Under the pieces are notes generated by a model. That model had not been told where the DNA came from, did not search any database, and saw only the letters and a program-made list of their open reading frames with translations. The position numbers were made by a program, and so were the translations under genes. Positions 39,885 to 49,351 of a stretch of 64,000 nt of DNA are shown piece after piece (the stretch's first letter is position 1; every line of letters begins with the position of its first letter). This DNA comes from a virus. Location of the stretch: IMG/VR virus record IMGVR_UViG_3300035145_003920, positions 13,468-77,467 of that record; one strand, given 5' to 3'.

Positions 39885-40307
39885 TTATTTTTTTAATAAC
39901 CAACTACTAGATTGGATTTTATCACCCATTCCATCTACCAATTTAATACCTAATTTATTACAAGTCACGCTTTCTGGAATACTTTCATTAGTTTGATCTC
40001 CACCATTTGCAAATGTTAAATCCCAATAATCACCATACTGATCATATAAGTGTTTTAAAGTTTCATTTTGGGTAGAATCTTTATCTATAGAAAGTAAAGC
40101 TAAACCTACACCTTTAATTGATTGAACTATTTTTAATCTTTCATTTTCAGGCATAAATTCTTTAGATCCTTTTAATTCTCTTTGTAAATCAGAATTAACT
40201 ATAACAATTAAAAAGTCACCCTCATTAGAAGCATTTTCAAATAATTCTAAATGACCAACATGAATTGGATTAAAATAACCAGATACTATAACCGCTTTTC
40301 TTTTCAT
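39885..40307 (-). CDS. HIGH-motif cytidylyl/adenylyltransferase
   Basis: SGYFNPIHVGH, FANGGD, KIQSSS. Confidence 0.88.
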   Translation of the reverse strand: MKRKAVIVSGYFNPIHVGHLELFENASNEGDFLIVIVNSDLQRELKGSKEFMPENERLKIVQSIKGVGLALLSIDKDSTQNETLKHLYDQYGDYWDLTFANGGDQTNESIPESVTCNKLGIKLVDGMGDKIQSSSWLLKK

Positions 40308-40573
40308 TAATTTCTGTAGTCAGATAACTTATTTTTCATTGATTGGTTTTTATAAAAAGGAACACCTTCTCTTTGTCTTCTTAATTCACTCCAATCTTCT
40401 TTTGTTTTTTGAATTCCATAAAGATAATATTCAGCTTTTCTTTCATTTCCTTCTGGAATTAAAGCTGGACCTTCCCAATTATGTAATTTTCCATCCCATA
40501 CATAAGCAACAGTTCCATCTGCTTTTTTTAATCTTCTTGATTGTGGGAATTTTTGACCTGATTCTATACTCAT
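40307..40573 (-). CDS. Hypothetical protein with LHNWEGPA..EYYLYG repeat unit
   Basis: 88-aa ORF directly below a host-type promoter. Confidence 0.7.
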   Translation of the reverse strand: MSIESGQKFPQSRRLKKADGTVAYVWDGKLHNWEGPALIPEGNERKAEYYLYGIQKTKEDWSELRRQREGVPFYKNQSMKNKLSDYRN

Positions 40574-41904
40574 ACTTTTTCTAATTTAGTTTGGTTAAAT
40601 ATACGACTTTTTTTACTGTTCTCCAAAATTTTCTCGGCAACAAGTGTACCTTGGGATCCTGATACTGTAATACCTCTAGCACTTAAAGCATCACCTACAA
40701 AATGAACATTTGGAAATTTAGTTAAAGATAAATTATCATAATTAACTAATGGTTCAGGTGAAAGATACTTTACTTCAGGAACATAAATACCCCAATCATC
40801 TTTAAGTGTAGGGAATACTTTTTTCATATCCTCAATAAAATCATAAACATAACCAAAATATGGTTGCATTGCTTTAGATATTTCATGTAGTGTATCTACT
40901 TTAACTGCTGATACATCTATACCTTCAGATGTTGTAGATGGTTCTCTACTTGGACTATAATATAAACCAGTACCATTTTTCTGTAGTTTATTTACTACTT
41001 CTCTAGACCAATCAAATGGTTTTTCAATACCTCTAACTTCCATTAGAATACCAAAATTAGTCATATCATTTCGGAACGACTCATCTTTTTTAGCGTGTCC
41101 ATTATAACTGTGGTCGCCATAAGTTTCCTCAACTGCAACGTAGGCAGCATTGTTATTAGTACAGAAACTCCTGAGCGATACTCCTTTATCTTCATATTTT
41201 CTATATAATTTAAAATCATAAGAAACATCAATTAATTTTTGGAAATGTTTTTGGGGTGCTTCAAATCTAACCCCAATTTGGACTGGTTTGGGTTCAGTAG
41301 GCAAATCATATTTTTCAGCTAATTGCTTCCCAAAATCAATACCTGATTTACCTACACCAAAAATAAGTGTATCATAAAGCATTGTATAATTATCTGTATA
41401 AACTTCTTGTTTATCAAAATCAATATCTATTACTTTTTCTTCCCATCTAAAATTAACACCATTATCAACTAAAAAGTCATACCAATTTTTACCTATTTCA
41501 TGTAAATAATCTGTACCAACGTGCCATACTGGGAATAAACGTAATCCAAAATATGGTTTAATAAAATCGGGCTCAGCTACAGGGTTAGAGCATTGCACTT
41601 CTTCTGGTTTAGGGTGGAATCGTTTGAAATTTTCAATCACCTGATCCATCAACTCCATTGCTTTTTCATCACCCGTATACTTAGAAAGATGACCACCAAT
41701 AGCAGTGTGGTAGGTTAGTTTACCATCGCTCCAGCCCCCTGCACCGAGGAATCCCGTCATTACTTCTTCATAAGGTCTTCTATATGGGTCTTTACCCATA
41801 TCAATGATAGTAATTTTACCATCAAAGTTATTATCTATTAATTTAGTAGCGGCATTTACACCTGCTACTCCTGCTCCTACAATTACTACGTTTTTACTCG
41901 CCAT
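40570..41904 (-). CDS. FAD/NAD(P)-dependent oxidoreductase
   Basis: VGAGVAG, GAGGWSDGKL, IGVRFE, RSFC, PEVKY, FVGD. Confidence 0.9.
   Translation of the reverse strand: MASKNVVIVGAGVAGVNAATKLIDNNFDGKITIIDMGKDPYRRPYEEVMTGFLGAGGWSDGKLTYHTAIGGHLSKYTGDEKAMELMDQVIENFKRFHPKPEEVQCSNPVAEPDFIKPYFGLRLFPVWHVGTDYLHEIGKNWYDFLVDNGVNFRWEEKVIDIDFDKQEVYTDNYTMLYDTLIFGVGKSGIDFGKQLAEKYDLPTEPKPVQIGVRFEAPQKHFQKLIDVSYDFKLYRKYEDKGVSLRSFCTNNNAAYVAVEETYGDHSYNGHAKKDESFRNDMTNFGILMEVRGIEKPFDWSREVVNKLQKNGTGLYYSPSREPSTTSEGIDVSAVKVDTLHEISKAMQPYFGYVYDFIEDMKKVFPTLKDDWGIYVPEVKYLSPEPLVNYDNLSLTKFPNVHFVGDALSARGITVSGSQGTLVAEKILENSKKSRIFNQTKLEKV
40596..40627 (-). promoter_or_regulatory. Bacteroidota-type promoter
   Basis: TTTG-N20-TATATTTA. 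Confidence 0.75.
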
Positions 41905-42049
41905 AAAATCTATTTAGTGTATTATACATTCCTGCTACTCCAAAACTAGCACCATGTTTTTTGTTTTGTTCTAAAAAAAACATCATTAATCTTTGAAATG
42001 AATTACCTTCACTTTTTCTTACTAAGTAGAATTCTTTATCTATATTCAT
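41894..42049 (-). CDS. Unannotated 51-aa protein MNIDKEFYLVRK...RFYGE
   Basis: First ATG below the host-type promoter at 42072-42103; its stop overlaps the start of the oxidoreductase. Confidence 0.6.
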   Translation of the reverse strand: MNIDKEFYLVRKSEGNSFQRLMMFFLEQNKKHGASFGVAGMYNTLNRFYGE

Positions 42050-42071
42050 CTATACTTTTATTTTTAACACA

Positions 42072-42103
42072 TTAATATACGAAACTAAAATGTGGCCTCC
42101 AAA
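42072..42103 (-). promoter_or_regulatory. Bacteroidota-type promoter
   Basis: TTTG-N20-TATATTAA. Confidence 0.75.
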
Positions 42104-42114
42104 CGGAGGCCACA
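42087..42114 (-). terminator. Terminator-like hairpin overlapping the -33 box of the next promoter
   Basis: Perfect 10-bp stem TGTGGCCTCC/GGAGGCCACA followed by TTTT. Confidence 0.75.
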
Positions 42115-42135
42115 GATCTCTTTATTCTTTTCTTT

Positions 42136-42167
42136 CTCTTTCGAGCGGATAGGCTATGAATCTATCC
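42136..42167 (-). ncRNA. Candidate small structured RNA element
   Basis: GGAUAG-AUUCAUAGC-CUAUCC hairpin followed by CUC-GAAA-GAG. Confidence 0.3.
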
Positions 42168-42181
42168 TATAAATTTTTATT

Positions 42182-42394
42182 TTAACTTTCCATCCACTTA
42201 ACGATAATGCCTTCTCTAAACATATCCCAGTTATCTTTGGAAATCATTTCTTTATCTAATAATCTATTAGCTGCTAATTTACTTTGAGCTACTATTTCTG
42301 ATTCTGTTAATCCAATAAATAGATCAGAATAATATTCAAAAAATGCTTTACCATTCCCATGAGCATCTAATATTGGGCTAATTTCAAACGCCAT
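42182..42394 (-). CDS. Hypothetical protein
   Basis: 70-aa ORF with A-rich leader. Confidence 0.65.
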   Translation of the reverse strand: MAFEISPILDAHGNGKAFFEYYSDLFIGLTESEIVAQSKLAANRLLDKEMISKDNWDMFREGIIVKWMES

Positions 42395-42406
42395 AATTAA
42401 ATATTT

Positions 42407-42472
42407 TTAGCAATTACAGCATGTACAATCACATGATGTTCCGCAATTACATACTTTACAATTACATTTCAT
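42407..42472 (-). CDS. 21-aa metallothionein-like peptide MKCNCKVCNCGTSCDCTCCNC
   Basis: 9 Cys in CxC/CC motifs; overlaps the cupin stop and fills the gap to the next gene. Confidence 0.7.
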   Translation of the reverse strand: MKCNCKVCNCGTSCDCTCCNC

Positions 42473-42728
42473 TTATTCTAATTTTTAGATCAGTTGTACC
42501 TTTTAATACACGGTGAATTTCACCTTTAGTTATAAATATTGTTTCACCTTCTTTCATTGCTCGAGGTAACATATTATCTCGTTGGATACACCATCCTTCG
42601 CCTTCAAGAATTTCTATTGTTCTATCTTCATCATCTTGATGCCAAACCAATTCCATTGGATCAACATCTTTAGAAAATGTTCTTATATTACCCTTATCAA
42701 GATAAGGATTTATTTTGTTTTCCCCCAT
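42462..42728 (-). CDS. Small cupin-domain protein
   Basis: WHQDDEDR..ILEGEGW..IHRV. Confidence 0.8.
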   Translation of the reverse strand: MGENKINPYLDKGNIRTFSKDVDPMELVWHQDDEDRTIEILEGEGWCIQRDNMLPRAMKEGETIFITKGEIHRVLKGTTDLKIRINEM

Positions 42729-43126
42729 GATTTACCTTTTCCTTTATCCTTACATTTTGAAGGTGTAGGTCTACAAGATGGGTATTTTGCTCTTTTTTCT
42801 CCTTTTTTTCTACCGCAGGCTTTATATTTCATTTTACCTGTTTTAGAATCTTTTCTACCTGTATTACAATCAACCCAACCACCTTCTTTACCTGAAGGAC
42901 CAGAACGTTTAAACCATTTGTGTAAAGATTCTTTTTCTTTTTCACTTAAAGTTTGAACGTGTTCTTTTACTCCTTTCCAAATGTCTCCTTTACGACATCT
43001 GACTACAGCTCCTGATTTATAAGCTGATGGTTTTTTAAATTTGCGGTCAGCAATACGAAGACATCTATCTCGTTTTTTCTTTTTTTCATTTAAAACGTTA
43101 TGTATTGCTTCTCTAACTCTTTCCAT
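42710..43126 (-). CDS. Highly basic Cys-containing putative internal protein
   Basis: VLNE then K/R-rich; PSAYKSG, KWF, GGWVDC, YPSCRP. Confidence 0.7.
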   Translation of the reverse strand: MERVREAIHNVLNEKKKKRDRCLRIADRKFKKPSAYKSGAVVRCRKGDIWKGVKEHVQTLSEKEKESLHKWFKRSGPSGKEGGWVDCNTGRKDSKTGKMKYKACGRKKGEKRAKYPSCRPTPSKCKDKGKGKSWGKTK

Positions 43127-43728
43127 TACCAGAAGGTATTCATATTTGCTCCTAAACCTAATGCACTAGCATATCTTGGTAGTCTACAAGACCAGTAAGA
43201 TGGTTTAGTTCTATCATTTTTTTCTTTACATCTATGTCTTTTAGCAAAAGCATTTCTTGCTTTAGAATTTCGAATTTTTGCTCTTAATCCGCCTGAACCA
43301 AATGATACTTTTTTAATTCTTTTAGTTTTAGGATCCCTTACATAAACATAATATGCTTTAGAACCACCTCTTTTAGGTTTACCTAGTGGTGGATCTTTTT
43401 TCTTTTTCTTAGCTTTTTTCTTTTCATCTAACATAGGTAAATCTAAAGGTACACTTTCACCTTCATATACTCCAAATTCACCTAAATGGGTTTTAATTAA
43501 ACCTTCATCTTCTTCACACAAATTAATTACATTTCTAGAATATAATTTTCTAGCTTCTTTAATTAAGGATAAATGTTTGTCTGAACCAATACGATATACT
43601 GTTTCAAATAAAGGAAGTTCATTATCTATATGATATTGTAGACCTTCAGATAATAAAGATTTTACTTTACTTTCTGTTAACAAAGGTCCCGTTATTTTAT
43701 TTTCACAATTACAGCTCATTATCCCCAA
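43126..43728 (-). CDS. Putative internal protein with basic C-terminal domain
   Basis: LLTE, LLSE, MLDE then KKVSFG..FAKRHRC..YWSC. Confidence 0.7.
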   Translation of the reverse strand: MGIMSCNCENKITGPLLTESKVKSLLSEGLQYHIDNELPLFETVYRIGSDKHLSLIKEARKLYSRNVINLCEEDEGLIKTHLGEFGVYEGESVPLDLPMLDEKKKAKKKKKDPPLGKPKRGGSKAYYVYVRDPKTKRIKKVSFGSGGLRAKIRNSKARNAFAKRHRCKEKNDRTKPSYWSCRLPRYASALGLGANMNTFW

Positions 43729-44786
43729 ATTTTATCAAAGTCTATTACAATTGCACTTTGTTTAACTACAAAGTCATTTAATAATTCATCACTTTCTAAT
43801 TTACTAAAGTCTATTTGGAAGAATTTCATATTACCATCTGATTTAACATTTACTAAGTGATTTCCATCCCCAGGTTTTCTAGTTAATTTTGGTTCTAATA
43901 ATTTAATAGCCATTGACATTGCCATACCTCTAGGATCTTCATCATCACCTATTGATAATTGTCTATAAACTCTATCAGCATTATCTTTAATGCTTTTAAA
44001 TAAAGGATAATTATTAACTAATTCAGTACTATTATCAATTATGCTTTTAAATTCTTTTACTTTAGCCATTGCTTCTATAAGCTCACTTCCTTTAAAATTA
44101 GTTGGATTAACTGTATTAGAAACTTCTTCCCCATCTCCAAATACAGTAGCTAAAGCATTAAATCCAAAAATAACAGCAAGTAAAGATAAATTTTCTTTAT
44201 CATCTCCAAATCTACCTAAACCATGTTTTCCTTTATGAGATTTCCAAGATTTAACCTCTACTCCTTGATCATCAAAAAATAAATCTGGATCATCACCATC
44301 TCTACCTTCTTTTACATTTGCACTATCTGAAAAATGGTATAACCAGTATAAGGCAATTTCTCCATTTCCTACTCCTAATGAACCAGCACTTCCAATAGGT
44401 TCACCTACTTTAGGTGGTTTAACAGGATATAATTTATCAAACATTTCCTGGTCTTCTGAAGCTACACTAACTGAGAATGTATTTTGTTGGTAAGGATATT
44501 TTTTCTTAGGTCTGGGGATTGGTTTACCTTCCCAATCACTTCCATATAAGGCATTTCTTATAGTATCATTATAAACTTGAGACCCACCTTGAGGATCATC
44601 TTTTTTTTCTTGTTTAATATCTAAAACTTCTTTATCATCAGCTATTTCAACATCTTCTTCAGCTTCAGTTAGATAACTATTGATAATATTTTCAAGAAGA
44701 GTTCTATCTTCTTTATTATCCATATCAGGATATCCTTTTGGGAATTTCCAACTATGTTCTTTTAATATTTTATCAAATACATCCAT
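43719..44786 (-). CDS. PD-(D/E)xK restriction-like nuclease with N-terminal leader
   Basis: GNGEIAL..PDL..VEVKS; leader ends YLTE. Confidence 0.55.
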   Translation of the reverse strand: MDVFDKILKEHSWKFPKGYPDMDNKEDRTLLENIINSYLTEAEEDVEIADDKEVLDIKQEKKDDPQGGSQVYNDTIRNALYGSDWEGKPIPRPKKKYPYQQNTFSVSVASEDQEMFDKLYPVKPPKVGEPIGSAGSLGVGNGEIALYWLYHFSDSANVKEGRDGDDPDLFFDDQGVEVKSWKSHKGKHGLGRFGDDKENLSLLAVIFGFNALATVFGDGEEVSNTVNPTNFKGSELIEAMAKVKEFKSIIDNSTELVNNYPLFKSIKDNADRVYRQLSIGDDEDPRGMAMSMAIKLLEPKLTRKPGDGNHLVNVKSDGNMKFFQIDFSKLESDELLNDFVVKQSAIVIDFDKIWG

Positions 44787-45454
44787 TATTTATACTTATT
44801 GTAAAATGCAATAACAGCTTGTGAAAATTGAGATGATTCAACAAAATCAGGATTAACTTGTTTGATATTATCTACCATAGCATCTAAAAGTTGACCCATT
44901 TTATCTCTAGTATTAATCATTTTAAAATTAGATTTTTGATCATCTAAATCTTTATCTATAATTCTAACAGAACTAGCTACTTCACCTTCTCCTCCTTGTT
45001 GTTCTTGTTCTATAATACCTGCTAATTGTTGAAATCTTGTTTTCATATTAATATTTTCTTGTATTCCTGTAACAGTTCTATTGTTGTGTTTATCTTTTAA
45101 AAAATCTACTAACCTTTGATTCATATTAAAATCATCTTCTAATTCTTTATCATCAGGTTCATTTTCAAATGTAGCAGCTAAATCTTTTAAAAAAGTATTT
45201 TCTACACTATCATCTACTATTGCTTCTACATCATCATCAATATCTAATTTATCTAACCAAGTTTGACTTTTTTTTTCATCTGGTTTTCTAAAAGCAACTT
45301 GCAATACATCATATACACTTTTAGCTACTCCCATTCCCGGGATGTTACCTATAATGGCATTAACTACAGCATCATTAATTTCACCACCCTTTTTTGCTCC
45401 TTTAATGTACTGGATGGTTTTTTTTAAATCTCCATATGTTTTAATATCTGCCAT
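44786..45454 (-). CDS. Putative internal head protein
   Basis: Internal RFQQLAGII matches the scaffold C-terminus. Confidence 0.65.
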   Translation of the reverse strand: MADIKTYGDLKKTIQYIKGAKKGGEINDAVVNAIIGNIPGMGVAKSVYDVLQVAFRKPDEKKSQTWLDKLDIDDDVEAIVDDSVENTFLKDLAATFENEPDDKELEDDFNMNQRLVDFLKDKHNNRTVTGIQENINMKTRFQQLAGIIEQEQQGGEGEVASSVRIIDKDLDDQKSNFKMINTRDKMGQLLDAMVDNIKQVNPDFVESSQFSQAVIAFYNKYK

Positions 45455-45459
45455 TTATT

Positions 45460-45900
45460 TTAAGCTTCTGCTGGTACTTCTTCATCATCTGTATCTGGTT
45501 CTACCATTTCATTTTCACCTTCAACTGATGCTCCACTTGCAGGACCATAGGTTAATATACGAGAAATAGCTTTGGCAGCCATTTCTTCTTCATCTAAATT
45601 TAATAAATAATATTTTTTACCTGATACTTGAGCAATCCAACTTCTAGGATCAAATATAAGAACAAAATTTTGCCCATTTAATAAATTAATTCTAAAAGTT
45701 GAAGGACGAGGAGCTACCCAATCTACTGATTCAAGAAATTTGTCAAAATCAACAGTAAGTAAATCTATGATAACTGCTTTAAGTTCAGGGAATTTAACTA
45801 ATTCATCATATGCTACAGCAGCATCATCTCCTTTAATTTTATCTTTGTATACTTGTTTAGCAAGTAATTTTATTTTCTCTTTTAATTCCGAAGCTGTCAT
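45460..45900 (-). CDS. Putative internal head protein
   Basis: [11 protein letters not shown] leader. Confidence 0.65.
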   Translation of the reverse strand: MTASELKEKIKLLAKQVYKDKIKGDDAAVAYDELVKFPELKAVIIDLLTVDFDKFLESVDWVAPRPSTFRINLLNGQNFVLIFDPRSWIAQVSGKKYYLLNLDEEEMAAKAISRILTYGPASGASVEGENEMVEPDTDDEEVPAEA

Positions 45901-48644
45901 TATTTGTCATTTTGTTTAGATAAATAAGCTGCTACAGCCATTTTACGTCTTTTTTCTTGAGATTTACCTTTAAATTGAGGTGCATCTGAATCTTTAAAGT
46001 CTTCAATATGTTTTTCTACTGATGATCTTTTGGTAAGTTTTTCTTTCATTACCTCTTTAACGTGTTTTTGGATAAGGTGTTTTAAAGGTAACTCAAATTT
46101 TGTATCAGCATCTACTTCAATTTTTTCTTCATCTATAGTACCTGATGTTGGTCCTCTTTTAGCATAAAAAGATTGTTGAGCATCTGCTTCTCTACTTAAA
46201 CCACCCATTACATGATCAACTGCGTCTTTTAATCCTTTAGCTGAAATAGGAGTGGGTGAATAATTACCATCTACCATATAAGCATCCATTCCTGCTCTAG
46301 CTAATCTGCTTGTTTCTTTCATCCCTGCTTTAATAGCCTCTTTTTGATCAATTTGGTAACCACCCATTTGTCTAATTGAGAATTTATTGGTATCATCATC
46401 ATAATCAAATATTACATATTGATCCTTACCAGATGGTTCTCTTTTAACTATATAACTATTATCGCTGTGAAAATGATTGTCTAAAATATATTCTTCTTTA
46501 AAGTAAATAAGTAATTCCTTACCATCCATTGCCTCGTTTAAAGAACTTTTAACAACTTTAATTAAATTAGGATAGCGTTTAGCAAAATCTAATGCTTGAC
46601 TATAATCTCCGTCAAATACTACATTATTAAGCTCTGTACCTTTTGTATAAGATGTTTGATCAGCTCCTGCTTTAAGTTCAGCATCAGTATACCATTCATT
46701 TTTGTCATCAGATAATTCTCCTGATTCAACATTGAAATACACTACTGGTGGTAAAAGTTCTACTGAATATTGTTGTTGGGAAGTTGTGTCGCCTTTTTCG
46801 TTTTTCATAATAATTTTGGCAACATCTTCTATAGATTGAGCATTATCTAAAATATCGAAAACATAGCTTCCTCCACCACTTTCATTATCATAAGTAGTAT
46901 AACGGCTAATTTTGTCTTTGATTGCATCAGCATCTCTACCAGAGGCAGATGACCATTGTTTCCAAAGAGGCACTATTGCTTTAATCTTATCTTTAATTGA
47001 AAGTTCACCTTCGGGGTAGCGAGGAGTATTAGCTTCGTCTAAGTAATCTTTCTCAGCTCTTCTTCGTTGCATGTAGTCTGTAGGAGTAGTATCATCATCA
47101 AATTTTAGATTAGAAATTGCATCAGCATAATCTACCATTTTTCCACTATCAACAAACTCAACTTTCCATTCTGTTTCAGGTCCATGCATATGAACTACTA
47201 CAGCTCTACCAGCGTAAGTAGCAGGTTTCATTTCTGTAGGATCCATTTCTTCATTTACTCCAGAGGCAACATCTTTTATTTTATCAACATGGCCTTTTAA
47301 ATAATGTACTTTATCAGCATCAATACCTAAATCTCTAGATAAATTAATAATTACAGATCGTAATCCTTCTGCTGCTTTAATATGTTTATCATCTGCTTTT
47401 TTAGAATTAAGAACATCTTTTTCTAATTTGAATAATTGATCATGTCTATAAGTCCATTCACCTAATTCTTCAGCTGTTTTACCACTATCTAATAATTCTT
47501 TTCTTAAAGCTTCAGCACCTGGGCAAATATCAAAATGTTTAGGTTCAGTATGAGCACTATAATTTACTTCATTTAGCATAGCATCAATTTTATCTACCTT
47601 TTCTTCGCCATCTAAATAATGCTTAGCTTTAACTATATAATCTCTTGCTTTGATAATTTTACCTTGCCACCAATGTGGAAAATCTACTTCTCCTTGGTCA
47701 TCATAATTATCCATCATTTTATATAGTTCAGCTGCGTATTTAGCTATTCTATATAAATCTTTTTTAAGCATACGAGGTTCATTATCTTGATGTCCTACAT
47801 CTAGATCTTCTTGCATGTAATCTTCATCTTCATCTTCATCATATGAATCATAGAAATCATCTTCTTCATCATAATCATCTTCTTCTTCATCTTCATATTC
47901 AGAATCAAAATCAAACATTTCTCTTCCTAATTCATCATATTGATCTTCAGGAATACCTTCAATATAACTAAGTACTAATTCAGCAACTTCATCAAGCATT
48001 TTTTCATATACTTCATCTCTGTATTCACCTACTACTGCATCAAATAATGCTTCTAATTTTCTTTGTTCTTCTCTATTTATTTGAGATGAATTAACTAAAA
48101 ATGAATGAGCAGGTCCTGCGGTTTCAGTTCCATATCCTTCCCAAAATCTATCACCATCATTGTACCATCTATAAACTAATCTATTCATAGCTCTAAGCAT
48201 TTCACCTTCAACAGATTTAGAAGGTCCACTACTTGGAACTAATTTATCCCACAATGCTTCATTTCTTGATTTTAAGGGCTCCTGTAGGAATTCTTTAATG
48301 AGATTTTCGGTTTTAATATCTTGTTTAATTTTAACAGGGTGCATTTTACCACTGCCTTTTGGGAATTCAAATTCTTTTTTACCTGCATCTCTAGCAGCGT
48401 CAGCAGCTAAGACAAAAGGAGATGCCTCTTTAACAGTAAGAGCATCTTTAATCATTGATTTAAGATTTTCTAAGTTCATTTTTTCAACTTTTTTCTTGGC
48501 CTGTTTAGTGGCAATTCCATACATAACCTTTTCAGCATCCCCACCGTATTTTTTAACTAGAGCTTGTTTGTTCTTTAACAAACCTTTTAGAGCGATTTTT
48601 CTTTGCTCTAGTTCGTTTTCGGTGAGTTTGCGCTCGTTTAACAT
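45900..48644 (-). CDS. Multi-module polyprotein-like internal protein
   Basis: About 10 small modules joined at VKE, LQE, MQE, LNE, VNE, LDE, IDE, MKE. Confidence 0.65.
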   Translation of the reverse strand: MLNERKLTENELEQRKIALKGLLKNKQALVKKYGGDAEKVMYGIATKQAKKKVEKMNLENLKSMIKDALTVKEASPFVLAADAARDAGKKEFEFPKGSGKMHPVKIKQDIKTENLIKEFLQEPLKSRNEALWDKLVPSSGPSKSVEGEMLRAMNRLVYRWYNDGDRFWEGYGTETAGPAHSFLVNSSQINREEQRKLEALFDAVVGEYRDEVYEKMLDEVAELVLSYIEGIPEDQYDELGREMFDFDSEYEDEEEDDYDEEDDFYDSYDEDEDEDYMQEDLDVGHQDNEPRMLKKDLYRIAKYAAELYKMMDNYDDQGEVDFPHWWQGKIIKARDYIVKAKHYLDGEEKVDKIDAMLNEVNYSAHTEPKHFDICPGAEALRKELLDSGKTAEELGEWTYRHDQLFKLEKDVLNSKKADDKHIKAAEGLRSVIINLSRDLGIDADKVHYLKGHVDKIKDVASGVNEEMDPTEMKPATYAGRAVVVHMHGPETEWKVEFVDSGKMVDYADAISNLKFDDDTTPTDYMQRRRAEKDYLDEANTPRYPEGELSIKDKIKAIVPLWKQWSSASGRDADAIKDKISRYTTYDNESGGGSYVFDILDNAQSIEDVAKIIMKNEKGDTTSQQQYSVELLPPVVYFNVESGELSDDKNEWYTDAELKAGADQTSYTKGTELNNVVFDGDYSQALDFAKRYPNLIKVVKSSLNEAMDGKELLIYFKEEYILDNHFHSDNSYIVKREPSGKDQYVIFDYDDDTNKFSIRQMGGYQIDQKEAIKAGMKETSRLARAGMDAYMVDGNYSPTPISAKGLKDAVDHVMGGLSREADAQQSFYAKRGPTSGTIDEEKIEVDADTKFELPLKHLIQKHVKEVMKEKLTKRSSVEKHIEDFKDSDAPQFKGKSQEKRRKMAVAAYLSKQNDK

Positions 48645-48645
48645 C

Positions 48646-49326
48646 TTATCTTTCTACTACGTGTGATCTTGTAAAGAAAGTAATTGAGTTACCGATTTGG
48701 TCGGCTAATTTTTCATCTCCAATAGCTACAGCTTTATCATAAGCTACTTTTAAGCTATTCTGAATGTCTTGTTCATCTGAGGATAAACCTGCAGGAGCAG
48801 AAGGAGCAGGGGCTTCAACATCAGCTTCAACTTCATCTTCTACTTCTACCTCAGCATCATCTGGTTCAATCTCATCAGCTGCATCATCGATTTCATCTTC
48901 ATCTTCATTAAGTAATGAAATAATATCTTCTTTAATTTTAGCTTTAAGTTCAGACACTTTCATTTTAGATGAAGGAACTTCTTCTTGAATTTCTTCTTCA
49001 GTTACTTCTTCAGTAACTTTTTCTTCATTTAATGTTTCAAAAAATCCTTCAATTCTATCCATTAGGGCATTTGCTTTTACCACATCAGTTTCTCCTCCTC
49101 CTGCACCTAGTCCCAATTTTTCGTACATTGCTACTAGCATATCCCCAATATAATCTAATTCTTCATCAGAAAAGACTTCTGTTGGATGTGGACGGTTTTC
49201 ATTTATTTTATCTTCAGCTAAATTTTCATCAACTTCCTGAGATTCAGTGATTAATTTATTCTCTTCAACTTCTTTTTGAAGTAAAGGATTATTCTTTAAA
49301 TATTCTTGATAATTAAAATCGCTCAT
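48646..49326 (-). CDS. Acidic putative internal head protein
   Basis: MSDFNY leader; [21 protein letters not shown]; late motif upstream. Confidence 0.65.
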   Translation of the reverse strand: MSDFNYQEYLKNNPLLQKEVEENKLITESQEVDENLAEDKINENRPHPTEVFSDEELDYIGDMLVAMYEKLGLGAGGGETDVVKANALMDRIEGFFETLNEEKVTEEVTEEEIQEEVPSSKMKVSELKAKIKEDIISLLNEDEDEIDDAADEIEPDDAEVEVEDEVEADVEAPAPSAPAGLSSDEQDIQNSLKVAYDKAVAIGDEKLADQIGNSITFFTRSHVVER

Positions 49327-49351
49327 TATAGTATATTTTTATTTATAAATA

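Noticed and set aside
42136-42167. tRNA-Met gene
   Set aside because: Only an anticodon-like hairpin; no acceptor stem, D arm or T arm. No tRNA was recognised elsewhere by eye
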